From: Antedon mediterranea
Taxonomy: Eukaryota; Animalia; Echinodermata
Assembly: GCF_964355755.1 (NCBI RefSeq)
Contig: NC_092672.1
Location: forward strand, 31,688,437 to 31,752,436
Direction of reading: 5' to 3'
DNA length: 64,000 bases
Notes under the pieces: generated by a model
The model's database searches: none
What the model saw: only the letters and a program-made list of their open reading frames with translations
Told to the model about the DNA's origin: nothing
Made by a program: the position numbers and the translations under genes
In this document: one piece after another, positions 26,501-41,500 of the stretch
How positions within the stretch are numbered: the first letter of the stretch is position 1
Layout of the letters: each line of letters opens with the position of its first letter

Positions 26501-29500
26501 TAACGATCGATGATAAATAGATAAATATGCATTTTTCATAACTAAACAAAGAAAATTAAACAAGTTTTCATACTAGAACTATCTATCTATGCTGCCTTTG
26601 ATGAAAATGATATTTTAACACGTTCAATCAAATGACGTCATGATCAGTTAGAGCAATAATATCGTGGCAATCCAACGATTTTATTGAACTTTTATCAAAG
26701 ACAGCATAAATGATTATCCTATAGTTCTAGAACAAAAACTTTTCTAATTTCTTTTTTTTTTATGCAAGAAAAATGTATGTTTATCTATTTATCATTGATC
26801 GTTATCACCATAGTGTAAATTTATAAAAACATCATTATTGAGCACCTTTAAGTCACTACTCAAAACTCACATTTTCTGATATTTTTGCAAACGATTGATT
26901 GATTGAAAGGAGAGATTTTTTTATATTATACATCTGTAGTAAAAACCTCTATTTAAAGGACACCATTTGGCACCAAATAAAGTGTTTCCATAATAGGAGT
27001 ATCTCATATAAGGTGATTTAATGTATTATACAGTATACGTATATTAAAACAAAAAATATGCTTATATCATTGTATTATTATATAGCAGCCTACATACCTA
27101 AATTATTACTGTTAAATTCCATATTGGTTTATACCATTACGTTATTATACAACGGCATATATTCCTAAATTTATTCATTGTGCATTTGAAATTCTCATTA
27201 AGTTTTAATACCGCTATTATTCATTATAATACTCTCTGCTAGGAATTATGAATTGTAATTAAAAGTAAATTTCAACGACTAAGGTGTTAAGATTCGGCGA
27301 CGATACTAAAATCATTTAAAATTTAACGGCAATTTTTGTAATAGCAGAACATTAAATATTCCTTAATATATGTATGGTATATAACTTAATCTTTAAATCT
27401 TTAATTGTTTTATCCTACTAAATTATATTTATTAATACACTGTAAATTCAATGAAGTATTATTGTTGACGCTAAGGTTTGAACTTTGAACTTCGGGAATG
27501 GATGACAAAAATGTTAAAGACCAACCTACCGCTTCAATACATTTTTTAAAAACTTCTATTTTAAATGAAGTTATCGAAAATAGATACATATGATAAATTT
27601 ATTTAAAATTAAAGAGCTTTTTTTTTTTATTGAATTCAGGGCTGTAAACCTAACACTACAGAAGGAATGCAGTCAATATCAGTCAATAACTAGCTAGTAC
27701 AAGTAACCTCCATGTCTATGCAATATAACATATTAATTTCCTGATTTCTAAATTATTTATTATATTACGAACTGGTTTCATTAGGAAATCCCAAAAGACG
27801 GCAAATTAGATTTAAGAATAGACTGTCCTTTTCTCAATAATTCTCAAGATATTGCTTTTTTATTCAGTTAATAAAATCATTACTGGGTTAGAAAAACAAA
27901 AATTCAGTCATCAAATATGTATTGAACTAAAGAAAAACAAAGATTAAAAGTAAATGTATGTCATATTATCAACTTACCGAAATTACAAGACATCCCGAAA
28001 AATCCAGGAGGGCAGTTACAGATACCGGTGTCTCGGTTACAAGTCAGGCCTGTTGAGCACTCGCAGTGACGTAGACATTCGTCACCCCATCTACCAGGAG
28101 GACAACCTGCAAATATATATATATATATGTAGCTCAGCTAATATTAGTTTTAAAAACATTAAAAAATTGTAAAGATGATTGTAAAGTATGTGAAAATATA
28201 AACTTATATTGGGGAAAGTGTGAACAATAAACCAAATATATTTATGGGTAAATGTTTTCATTTTAGCTTAAGAAAGAGGGAATGGTAAATGTGGTTATAT
28301 AGGCCATGGAAGAAATATATATATATTTCCTCAATGTATAGGCAAAAGCATTCATGGTATTAAGTAACAATTTGTGTTACATTTCAATTTTATCATCAAA
28401 AATTAATGAATAAATTGTAGATAAATAATACAAATATTGATACCATATAAGGAGATCTGGGACAATTAAATGTAGGTTGTCACATGACACAATAACATAC
28501 TGTATGCTGAAAAAATGGAAATGTATATTTTTTTTTTTATTATCCTGAATGTATTTTATTATTGATTGTTGTAAATAATCAATCACATATTATAATTTAT
28601 AACCGAAGATAGGATAAAGTATTTTTAAGAAGCATTATCTGTGTCAAGAATGTTTTAACTTTTAATTTATATTTGCAGAATTTTTATTTGTTATTTAATT
28701 TTAAATATATTTTAGTTTGAAATGTAAAATACTTATCACAGAGTTTGTCTGTTATACAGGAAAACATTGTGCTACAGGACTGAACATTAATTAAATCATA
28801 TAAATATACAAAAAAATATTGCTTGAAAATGTGTTTCTATAAACATGTATCAGGAAGTCATGTGATGCTGTATCTACACAGGCTTAAAAACAATTCCATG
28901 ATACAAAATTCACATGTGATGTTGTATCATGGTATTTGGCTATGATACTGTAAAACATGCTGATACAGTACCATAAATAAATATATTACTGTAATAAATT
29001 TGGGAAGATTTTGAGTCATAATTTACACATAATATTTGTCACCAGTTTAAGTGTGATAAATTACCCAAATTTGACTTGATTTTGACAGCATTTTTAATTC
29101 ACAATTTATGAGGTAATTACAAAAATTACGGACTCAAGGTTGGTTATAATTATAGTTTATTTTCAGGTCACATAACTTTCTGAGATGTTTGGTACTGAGC
29201 CAAAACTATTTGCAATTACAAGTATTATTTACCTATACTTAATATGTACATAATATTTTTATGTATTGTGACGATTTGAATGGAAATATCGAATTGTTAA
29301 AATGGTTATTTATTGTTATTTAAAATGTTGTTTGTTTGTGTATAAATTATTTAAATACTGGTAAAAATATCAATTTGTTTACATTATATATTGTTTTAGT
29401 AATTATGAAATATGTTATTATTTATGTCATACATTATACAAATTTTTAAATTTGTTATTATGTTTGATGTGTATTATATTACATTATATGTAATCATGCC

Positions 29501-32500
29501 AAGTACAAACAAGCAAAATATATTATTTATCACAATTGTTTTTTTATTAATAGCAAATATGATATATTTAGTTTATTTTACAAATTTTTGATGTTTGTGT
29601 TACCAATCTGCTTTTGTTTAAATAAATATATTATAAAAAAAAAAACAGACCATTTTGGAGCATATGCCTAAAAGTTGATTGTTTCCAATATTATATCCAT
29701 AATTTTTTTCATAAATGTCTAGTTTAAACCAGTGTCCCACTGTAATTAAATATATGGTGGAACCCCTCCTTTTGGACATCCCTATTCAAGGGGTACCTTA
29801 TTTAAGGGACACCCCTATTAAGTAAACACCAGTGAAACGAATTAAGGGAAATATATTTCAATGTTCAACCATTAATTAAGGGGACACTTTTTTGGGTCCC
29901 GTTGGTTTTATTCACATTCCACTTTGACCTTTACTTGCAAGGTCATCCTCTTAAAACACAATCATCAGAAAATAAATAATAAATAGCAAGAACATAAAAT
30001 CAATCAATAAAAAAAAACACCAGTAAACTTAATGATTGAAATTGTATTGCTTCAAGATATATCATTAAAAATTCAGTTGCATTGAAATTGAATTCTTGAT
30101 ATTGTAGAGAAATATCTGTATCGAGCGATGTCATGTAAAATTATTTATAAGTGATTTGAAAAACGACGAGAGACGTGTCTGGGGGTTGACAACGCAACAT
30201 TACTGTCAAACTAATGTATATATTATGACTACATGTTCTTTTTGCCTGGGCATAATGAATCATTATTATTATTATTAATATTATATAAGAATTTATAATT
30301 TTCAACAAATACTACTTGTATTTGTAAACAGAAATAAATTCCTTTTTTATTCTTTTTTTACTTGGCATATGAAATATTTTATTATTGATTTTATACAGTA
30401 TACAATTTTTTCATTTTTATTTATTATTTAAGAATTGATAATTTAAAAAAATGTTGTTTGAATTTTTTTTCCTATAAATATGAATTAATTAGGATTTATT
30501 TAATTCTTTATCTAATTCATTATCTTATACTCTGCATAATGAATAAATATTATTTAATTGATTAATTGAAAATATTATTTATATAAATATGAATGAATAA
30601 GATTTAATTAATTTCATTAGTCATTTTAAATTGGCATTATTGCATTTGTTTTTTATTTAAAACTTGTAAATATAAAGGAATAAGATTTACATAACTTTCG
30701 TAATAATATCATTTATAAGTTTAGGTTTTCTTTTGTTTGACAATTGTATTATTTTGAAATATATTACATACATTACAATATAGATGACATATTAATTATT
30801 ATTTAATTAAATATTGTAATATGACTATAATTTTAACATTGAAAAATGTAATGTAATCAACAGAATTATATTATAAAACATTATAAAATGTAATATAATA
30901 CTTTGGATGTAATATAATAATATGACAATGTGTATTGATTATATTGAAGCTTGTATGAAAAATGCCAAAAGCTAATGCATTGTGCGTGGAATTCACGTCA
31001 TCACCGATTCTTTTGGGATTACACAAACTGTCGTATAGGAAATATAACTACCTAATTATTTATTCTAAAATAAATTTCTGAAGATTTTTAAGAAATTAGT
31101 AATTTTAACATTGTTATTTAGTATTTCAGTTTTAATAAAGTTGGTGTGAGTTTTATAAAGAATACACATGTCCATGCAATACCTAATTTGCATGCAAACA
31201 ATCTAAAGTTGTTTATTTGTAAGCAATATTTATAATATGTTTTAAAGCTCAATAAAAGAATGTGTGACATTTACGTTTGTGAATACCAACTATGCATCTT
31301 ATTTTTAGGCTTTCTTTAAGAATGTTATGTCCATTGAAAATTATACCGATGAAAACCTACGCCATATTGAACACAAAATACTAGGTTTATAACAATAATT
31401 ATTAAACAATAGTGCATTGGCCTAAATCAATAGGCCTATGAATAAATTTGCATGGAAATTATACTTAATTGTGGAGGTGGGCGTACATCAAATTATATGC
31501 TTATTACATCCCGGATAATTTTCTAACCATTGCGATTATTCCAGCCAGGGGGATTACTTTTATCCAGGGCGATTATTCCAGCCAGGGGATGCTTCCACCC
31601 AGGGTCTTATTTTATCCAAGGAGACTTACCGTATATCTAGGGGTTTTATTTCATTCAGGGGCCTTACTGTATACTAGAGGCTTATTTCAACTAGGAGTCT
31701 ATTCATTCCAGGGAGTTTATATCAGGGAGTAAATTTCCTGTTTACATCATCCAGGGAATTATTTCAATCAGAAACTTTAATACCTAGATTATTACAGTTT
31801 TTAAAGTGATTACCATTCATTTAGTACAGTTTTAGTACATTTACAAAAATATGTTTATACTTTTAAATACAATACAAAAAAAATGATGGTAATACAAAAT
31901 CAGAACTACAGCAATATTAACCTGGAATAAATGTTTTTCCTGTACTATTGTATATTACTTAATAGTGAATAAAGAAGTTTTACTAATATAATTATACCAA
32001 TTTAACGACCATTTTACCAATAATGAAATGGCAGTCAGTGCTCCATTCAAACTGTTGTAACACTGCGTACAACAATTAATTGTTTTTCACTAAGTAATCA
32101 ATATTAGATCTTAAGTACAATAGGACCAGTAAGAAACATATTGATTGTTATTTCTTTATTTGAAGATTCAAATTATAAGCGTCGTAACTGTTGATGCTTA
32201 AAGCTTGGGGTCAAACTTGATGAGAAAAAGTAGAATGGATGGATGACCAATCATGTCCATTGGCCATGGATGACCAATCATGTCCATTGGTCATTTTAAA
32301 GTGATCATCATGGTCAAGTGTTAAATAATGTGTTTGCTTGGGCTATTGTCTCTGTGATATACAACTACATAGTAGAGTCTAACTTATTGTCTGTTATTGT
32401 GTGCCTTTTACCATCAATGGGATAACCAAAGGTGGAAGATTAATTTACCTCCATGGTCATGGAAGCATCCCTTTTTTTAAATTCTTCTATTGCAACCAAA

Positions 32501-35500
32501 ACAAATTCAGTATCAAAGTATTATTCTTACTTGTTTCCTACTTGTAAAATTGAAGAGGTACTCTTTGAGAATCCACCTAGCATGGTCACTATAGAAATGT
32601 GTCTTATTTGTCCATGCATTGTCCTGTCATTGTCATGTTTTTATAGTCATTGTTCGTTTTATATGTAAAAGGGTAGCCATAACAATGAACTTTGCTATTT
32701 TGGTTTTTTCCCTCTATTTTTGCTTTATCTCAACCACTTATCATCATATTATCTTACATTATCTTATTATCTTAGGGCCAACTGACTTTTTACGTTATAG
32801 TAATTTTTTGCCTTGTTGCCCCTGATTATTGTGCTTTGTTTCTGTTCTGTATTATTTTAATGTTTATTGGTCGAATAAATGAAATGAAATATGCACTTTG
32901 GAAATAAATTGAAACTTGAATGTATAATCATTATTATCATCTTGTAATTCTCTAGCAAACTACATTTGTATCTTAGTAAGAATTTACAAATACCAGTTAT
33001 AAAACTAAGAAGACAAGGTTGAGGATGATTGGGGAGTCACTTAATGGCCGACTTGTCAATTAGTCTGACATTCAACTGAATGACGATTAAGCCACGACTG
33101 TTTAAAGCACCTTTGGCTGGTCCCAACATTGACCAAGGGCTTCTATTGTCCAGTGCCACCTTAACCAGAGGAGAGGCATAATCCAATATGTGAGGCAGAT
33201 ACTAGATGCAGCAGCTGCCATAAGAGTCAGCAGTGCTGTTACTACCGGCAGTTTATATGACAAAATGTCAGGGTCACTTACCGTCTTCGCAGAATCTTCC
33301 ATGAACTCCAACTGGACATTTGCAATCACCCGTTATAAAATTGCAGTTACCTCCATTTTGACAAATACAGATACTCTGACAGCCATCTCCATAAAATCCC
33401 TGCGGACAAGCTAAGAAAAAATGAACATTTTTATAAACAATTAATAAAACTGAAAACTACATCTTTTTAGCATATGGGTACAATACAAGTGCAATCTAAA
33501 TGAGGTATGTATTTAATGATAATATGATTGATATATTGCATTTATACTGGTCCAGGTAATATCGTTGCAAAATAAAAAAGTTACTGGTTTTGCTTTATTA
33601 TCTTCATAAATGTTTGGGTTAAAGCTTTGTATAATGTGAACACAATTTTGTGAAAAATCTCCCAAGATTTCATAGAGCTCCCCTGTGAAAAACACACTGA
33701 TGAGAGACCTGTTTTGTTCCAAGATGTTCCTAGTTTTACATCACGCACATTGCTTTGATATTAAACTGTTCAAACATAGTAATCAAATAGCATGCAACTT
33801 CGCTTTCCTTCCGAGATTTCTCAGAGTTTGCATATGCGTGTATGAAAATGTGTTATAAATCGGGCGATCAAACCTGGTTACAAGTTGTAATAATTTATGC
33901 ATATGTGAAAAGGGTAGAGTTCCTGCTCTAAACGAGTCATCCATAGATGTTGCCGTCCGAAAACTTACTCTCATTGCAAATAATTCCTGCAAATCCAGCT
34001 GGACATCTACAACCATTGAAGCCAACGTTACATCCTCCACCATTCAAACACGGATCATCATTACAGGAGAACTCACAGCTTGGGCCAAACGAGCCAAACG
34101 AGCAAACAGCTCCTTATAAACGAATAAAAATCAGTTTTAACAAATGATTTAAAGACAAATTTTTGTCAGAAAAAATTCTAACGGTAAGGATCTTACCACC
34201 AAGCTACAACTCCACTACTTTGTCATGAATCTTTGTGTTTTGAAAAATTAAAGACCCATTCCCTACAATTTCCAACGTTTTGTATTATTATTATTACCTA
34301 AGTAGCTAATTTCTCTGAATGTCCTCTCGTGGACGGTCTTTAGGCCTAGCCTAGCAAGCTTAGTTTTGTAGGCCTAGCTGGTAAACATCGGTAACGTACG
34401 AACACCGTACGCTGCCTAGCCTGAGGTTGTATAGTTGCTGCATTAATTGTCTTTCTGTCTTTGTTAGACTCTGTTGATACAAATTGGGGGAAACCCGGTA
34501 TTTTTGTTGAAATGTTAGGAGTCTTCCATTTGTTTTGGCTGCGCGATCGATCAAAAAGTGGGTGAATTACAGAAGAAGAAAAAAATCAATCTTTGCGCAA
34601 TGCATGTTGGGATTTATAGTGGAGTGGACCGCTAAAATTATTAAAATCGACTTATTTTTCACATTTGTAACCGTTTAAAGACAAAAAAAGTTATCTCAAT
34701 AGGACCATACAGTATTTATTTTTACATTATATGTAGTTTGTGACCTTTAATTAGATCTAAAAAATGTAGGGAATAAACCAAGAGGAATCAGGTAGACTGA
34801 TATACATAAAATAAAATTCTTCTATATTTTTACCTCCAAAAGGTTTATTCTCTTCAAACTCTTCCAAACTTTCTTGAAAATCTGACCCGAAGAAAGAGTT
34901 TTCGTATTCAGCAAACCTTACAAGTTGGGATGAATTTGGTTGTATTCCAGCTTGTTCTGTAAAATATAATTTTCAAAATGTGATCACCAACAATATTTTG
35001 GTGTAAAAATGCCCTTATTGCTAAGCAGCATTAAATCTAATTAAACCAAGATGTTTCCCGGTCATTCTAGACTCCGGCACCTCATACAATTATACCCTTG
35101 GTATATAAAACTATTTACAAAAAAGAAACATTAAGCGTGGTTTCCACTATTGATGCAGAGCAACGTAAGAAAGTGTCCTTTCAATAATTGTGCTTGCCCT
35201 CGTCTGCGTGAAATCAAACATGCTTGGTTGCATCATCGTTCGTTGCAGACCTTGATTTGATTCACTTCGCGTCCTTGACTACGCGCTGTTCTATGTTCTC
35301 TTTTGAGCTTGCTTTACGTTGTTAGGTGAAATCAAACTGAAATTATTTCCCGTAGCAATTGTTTACGCAATACGGCACTTTGCATTGATACGGCGCTGCG
35401 GTACATTGGTAGTGGGAACCACGGTTTAGTACATACGTTGGCACGTTTTCCCGTCAGTGTTAATATAGTAGCCGGCTTTGCAAGAACATTCTGCTGATCC

Positions 35501-38500
35501 TTGGTAATTCTGGCAAACTTGTTCACATCCTCCGTTATTTACTGCGCATTCATCCACATCTACAAATAAAAAGAGTATAAAATAAATTGTCTGAATTTTA
35601 TTAGTAATTTAAAGCCTAATCTACATTAGCAGTGGGGTAATGCATGGGGCAAAGATCCCTGGTTTAGCACTCCTAAGGGGTGATCCTACAACGTTGGGTA
35701 GTTGTATTGGGGCTGTTCATGCACTGGGGCTCCTGGGTTATGCCAATGACCGCCCATAGCAATTACAACATTTTGTTGTAAAGTGCAAGTTTGCCACTGT
35801 GTTGAGAGTGTTACTTGAGGTGTTCATCTCAGAACCACTGTGTTTCACTTTCTGTCGAGCTGTAGCTTGGTGTTTAACGTGCTTGCCTACTAACCCCAGG
35901 GTTAGTGTTCAATCCTGACCTAGTGCCAGGGTTGTAACTCATTCAACTCCACTCCCTAAGCCTCAAATGAGACTTAGTTTATAGACATGATAAATTATAA
36001 TATAGTTTCTCGCTGTTGGATGCGTACAGAAGAAAAGTAACAAAACTTTCTCCAAACAGTGGCAAACTCGCACTTTGCAAAAAAAGTTTGCTAGCTTAAA
36101 ACTAAAATATTTTTTCATGTATATTTTTGTAATTTACAGCATTTAGAAAATCAATTTTTTTATATCAATCTTTTATGATGGATGGATAAATTTATTTTAT
36201 AAAGTACACACTGGAAATAAATTGTTCATCAACTTCACCACACCTGTTTTGAATTTGAAGGATTGAATAAATAAGACCGAGTATGGTAGCTGTTGTTTCG
36301 TAAATAAAAACAAGAAAGGGCGCCCTCACCAGAACATGTACAGTTGTCGTCGTTCAATACATAGCCTACATTACAGCCACACCTGTAGCTGCCTTCATTA
36401 TTGATGCATCCATGTTGACAACAATTGCCACCGCTGTAATCAGCACTGCATTCATTAATATCTGAACAAATAAATAAAATATATAGTAACAATAAGTCAT
36501 TCAAATAAAGGCATAATAAAGTCTATTTTGAAAAGATGTAAAGTTATAAAAAATGTGCTTAATGTAAAAAAAAATGATATTCTATAATAAAAATCAAACA
36601 TATCTGCTAGGGGAGAGCTCATGGTAATTCTAGAAGGTGTTTTACAAAGGTCATTCACATATTAATAATAATATCCTGGATTTATATAGCGCCTAATGTT
36701 GTGAAACCTCTAAGTGCTGAACATTATTACCCCAGTACTGATTGGATCAAACACCTATGGAAACAAACTCCCATAATGCAGCTAGTAATCAGTGCAAAGT
36801 TGTGTCTCGATCTAACCAGGTTCCCATTTATACACCTGGCTGGAGAGAGGCGTAAGTAAAGTATTTGGCCTAAGGGTACAAGCAATGCGGCGAGAGTTGG
36901 ATTCGAACCTAGACCTCATGATCAGTAGTCAACACACTGCTCCTTGTACTAAGTTTCTACATTATGTGGTAGTGTGAATGTATGAGAATGACCTGTTAAC
37001 AGCTCCTTGTACTAAGTTTCTACATTATGTGGTAGTGTGAATGTATGAGAATGACCTGTTAACAGCTCCTTGTACTAAGTTTCTACATTATGTGGTAGTG
37101 TGAATGTATGAGAATGACCTGTTAACAGCTCCTTGTACTAAGTTTCTACATTATGTGGTAGTGTGAATGTATGAGAATGACCTGTTAACAGCTCCTTGTA
37201 CTAAGTTTCTACATTATGTGGTAGTGTGGCCAGTTCCGTTCAATGCCGCCTTATTCTCACTAATATTTTTTAACCAGGTACTCATTTTTAGCTGAGTGGA
37301 CTCAGAGTTGTTCAATTTTTGGGAATTAATTAAGCCGGGGCTTTCTGTATGATGGTCAAATGTCCTAAACATTTGGCAATCACTTTTAAATTTTCCATAC
37401 CAAATATAAGCTCTCCCCTAATCTAGAGGGCAAAATGATCATGAAAACTATGTCTTATTCAAACGATCTATTTTCTAGAAGTTATGTAAAGAGAGAATAA
37501 CCAGAGGGCGATATAATCATTTTATTGAATGCCAGGACTAAAAAATAATCTATTTATACTATATCTTTATACAGTAATCATATAAATAAAATGTGATTAG
37601 TACAGTAAATAACTATTATATAAGATGCACTTCAATCATATATATTTCAAGACAGACAGACAAACTGACTACTTAAGCCACTCTTGATAACAATTTATTA
37701 ATAATAAGAATACCAGTAGGCCTACTTTCAAATGTGGTAAGTTTGAGCTAAGAGGAAAATTTGACAAGTCTGCAATATTAAACTAAGTTTATAGAAATTG
37801 TTTTGATTGAGACACACTACATGAGCTGTTACTGGGAATGAATATGGAAAGAGGGGGTAAAAGAAGGGGGGAGGGGGTGAGAGTACAGAGGTTCTGAAGT
37901 CAATCAGGCTAGTAAAGGAACATTTTAGTTTGTGAAAGCCATTTTCAAGCAGTTAGATATATATAACTTTTATCTAAATTCCAAGATTGGTTTAAGATGG
38001 TTTCATACTGTCATACCATTGCATTGGGTATAAACTAATCTCTTATTGTCAGTTCACACTATACTGTAGGAAGTCAGTTTTTATTAAGTAAAATAAAGAT
38101 TATGTGTGATATTAAAGATATATATTTATCTATTTATTATTATGATTAATAATTTACAATATTATTATTAATTAATATGTGGGAATAATGTTTTACTGAT
38201 TAGCTAAAAGTGTAAACTAGAAAAATATTTACAATGTTACTGAAGGCTTGGGGTAAAATGGATAAATAGTAATATAGCATTGTATTATTAAGTTGCATAG
38301 AAAACGATGCACGCCATTCAGGATAGGTTTGCGCATGATATGCGAGGAAAGACCAGAAAAACAACTGGTGTTACCAAACCTTCACAGGCGCCCCCTGTCG
38401 GGTCCACAAATTTGAATCCATTGTGACATGCACACTGAATGGTCGACCCGTCACCACGACAAATATGGTCGCAAATGTCTGGATTTTGGTCGCACGGATC

Positions 38501-41500
38501 ACAACCGTTCGCTGTATCACATGATGGTACAGACACAACGTAAATTCCTTTAAAAAAATCAATCACACATTTTGCTAATTTCATTCTTAAACTAATTTTT
38601 GTTTCATAAAACTCACAAACACAATGTCAATGACCACTGAAATATTAAAGCCACTATTATTGTAGCGGATTCTTTGGTCAAAGGTCATTAGGTCAAAGGT
38701 TATTCATTGTGTTTGTGTGTTTTATCCAATCAAAACGCTTACATTTCTACGCCGTACAAACCTTGACATCCCTTCATATCAGCTTCTTGCATATAACCCT
38801 TACGACATCTACAAAATTTAATGCCGTTGGTGTCAATGTCGCAGGTCTGCTCACAACCACCATTATTGGTCAAACAGGGATTCTCCTTCAGATTACTAGT
38901 CGTAACTACTTCTAACATAATTCCTTTAGAAAGATTTTGGCAAATAGCATCAGGTTATGTATAACTGATATAATTAGAGAGAGTGAGGAAAGAGTAGTGT
39001 TAGAGCTGGTGACACAGTGTCAGAGCTGGTGACATAGTGTCAGAGCTGGTGACACAGTGTCAGAGCTGGTGACACAGTATCAGAGCTGGTGACACAGTGT
39101 CAGAGCTGATGACACAGTGTCAGAGCTGATGACACAGTGTCAGAGCTGGTGACACAGTGTCAGAGCTGGTGACACAGTGTCAGAGCTGGTGACACAGTGT
39201 CAGAGCTGGTGATCTGAAGACCAACCCATGGCAAATGATACATGTGGAAGAATTTCCTGCAAAAGGTTACAGGCTTATATACTGTTGAAGAAATCTGTAC
39301 ATGCAGGATAGGAAATAATGGAGGTCCGTCATTGGAATCTTTCAGACACTGGGTGATGAAAAAGATCCTTTGTTTCAACGAACCAGATTTTATACACTTT
39401 CTCAAGAGTAAATTTCCATAACTTTCCCTAACTTTTCCAGCCAAAATTACATGACTTTCCATAGACAGTTTTATATGACAACTTAGAATGTCATAGTAAA
39501 AAATTAAATAATTGTTATTACAATTTTAAAAAAATTGTTTCTTCATCTTATCACATTTTTTCTCATAAATTTTTAATGACTTTTAGACCTGGAAAAAATT
39601 GAGTAAAATTTTTCAATGACTAGTAGGAACCCTGAGGAATAATTACATTTTATTTTTATAGGTACAGGAAATTGCTTGATATAAATTTGGTGGATAAGAA
39701 ACAAATCTATGTAACAACATGAACCAGTTTTGATTAAACAGAAAAATCTAAAAAAATAAATTACATATTAGGGCTCTCCGTTTATTAAATTGAAATTATA
39801 TATAAAAACCAATAACATACGATAACATTTGAGGCCATTGTCTTCTAACTTGAAGTTTTCCTCGCAAGCGCATCGATATGAGCCCTCGGTGTTGACGCAA
39901 ATCTGAGCGCACTGATCACTGCCGTTCTCACATTCGTCAATATCTTTATAATAAACAAGAAAATCAATATTTAAAAACTGGAACTCATTACTGAATAAAT
40001 TATCTAGAAGGTGTATGGTAAAATGACAATTTGTCAATTGGGCAAGATATTGCAGACACGTAGCTATGAGCATTTGCAGACACAGCTATGAGCACTTACT
40101 GGCTAAACCCAGGGGCCCGGGAGCATGACCAGTCCAATGCAACAAACAAGCGTTGGAGGGCCTTTAGGAGTGCTATACCAGAGGCGTTTTACCCTGCGCT
40201 ATGCCACTGTGTGGACATGTTTCTTCACTCAATACCTAAATTTTGGATGATTCTAGATCCAAACGACCAACGGCATAACATCTGTAGGTCATAGGTCATT
40301 GCAAATACAAGTTTCCTATTGAAAGGAGAACCAGCAGAATATATTTTTGAGAAGAACCTGATGAAAATTACCTATGCATGCACGACCATCTTGACCCACT
40401 TCATAACCAGCATTGCAGCTGCATAGAGCTGTGCCATCAATGTTCAGACAAGTGTGAGCACAACCACCATTGTTGGTACGGCACGGGTTTGCCACTATGT
40501 ATATAAAAAAAATAATTATTTTAACAAACTTTTGATGAAAATAAAAGATTTCAATAAAGTGAACCAAAATGACATATAGTAAAAAGAAATTGCAAATATT
40601 GACATGTATTAGATATTTTATTTTAAAATTCTATTTTGAAAAACCAAAATTTGTTACTGACCTGACTGACAGTTTCAGTGCTCATTTCATGAGCACTTTC
40701 TTTAGTGACGATTATATTGTTAAGCAAATATAATATAGTCGTCACTCTGAAGAAAGTGGTCGTGAAATGAGCATTGAAACTGTCAGTCAGGTCCGTAACT
40801 AATTTTAGTTTGTCAAAATAGAATTTTAAAATAAGGTATCTTCAAACCAGATGAACATTTTCAAATTGTATTTGATATTTGTAATTTGTCATTTTATATG
40901 AAATATGTTTTGTGTAAAATGATGTAAAGAATTAACTCTTTGTTTATGAAAGTGGAAAGTGAATGGAAAGTGGGAATAAGGGGAAAAGGAATTGAATGGG
41001 AAAGAGGAAAGGAAATGGGGAAGAGTAAATTGAATGGGAGAGGGAATTGAATGGGAGAGGGAATTGAATGGGAGAGGAAAGTGAATAGGAGAGAGGGAAT
41101 TAAAATGGGAGAGGGAAGTGAATGGAAAATAAATGAATGGGAGAGGGAAGTGAATGGGACAAGGAAGTAAATGGTGAAGAAGGAAAAAGATTGAAACGGG
41201 TATCTCTTCTACTCTTCTTACTTTCGCAGCTCCTTCCATTGGGTGATAGACGATATCCTGAATAACATTGGCAACTGTATGAACCAAACTCAAGTGAAAT
41301 GCATCGATGCTCGCAATTACCATTATCAATAAGACAGCCATCTTCAGCTACATGCAGCAAGAAAAATAAAATAAAACATGCAAACAAAAGATATTAAAAA
41401 AAATAATACAGTATATCAGAATATAATCCCACTCCTGAAATTAGGCTTAATTTGGACATAACAAATTTTTAAAGTGTTCATATTCTTTGAAAATATAAAC

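Noticed and set aside
29621-29645. Retrogene poly(A) scar for the TRIM gene
   Set aside because: The host exon at 27978-28106 lies between the ORF and this A run, so it cannot be part of one retro-inserted cDNA
36939-37228. CRISPR-like or ribozyme array
   Set aside because: Units are contiguous with no unique spacers, the context is eukaryotic, and there is no CUGANGA core
39002-39212. CTGATGA in two repeat units suggesting a hammerhead or snoRNA box
   Set aside because: Single-base variants of the 20-mer; no GAAA partner or stems
40889-41341. 150-aa F/P/S/H-rich ORF
   Set aside because: Wrong frame of exon 4 plus translation of the purine-rich repeat
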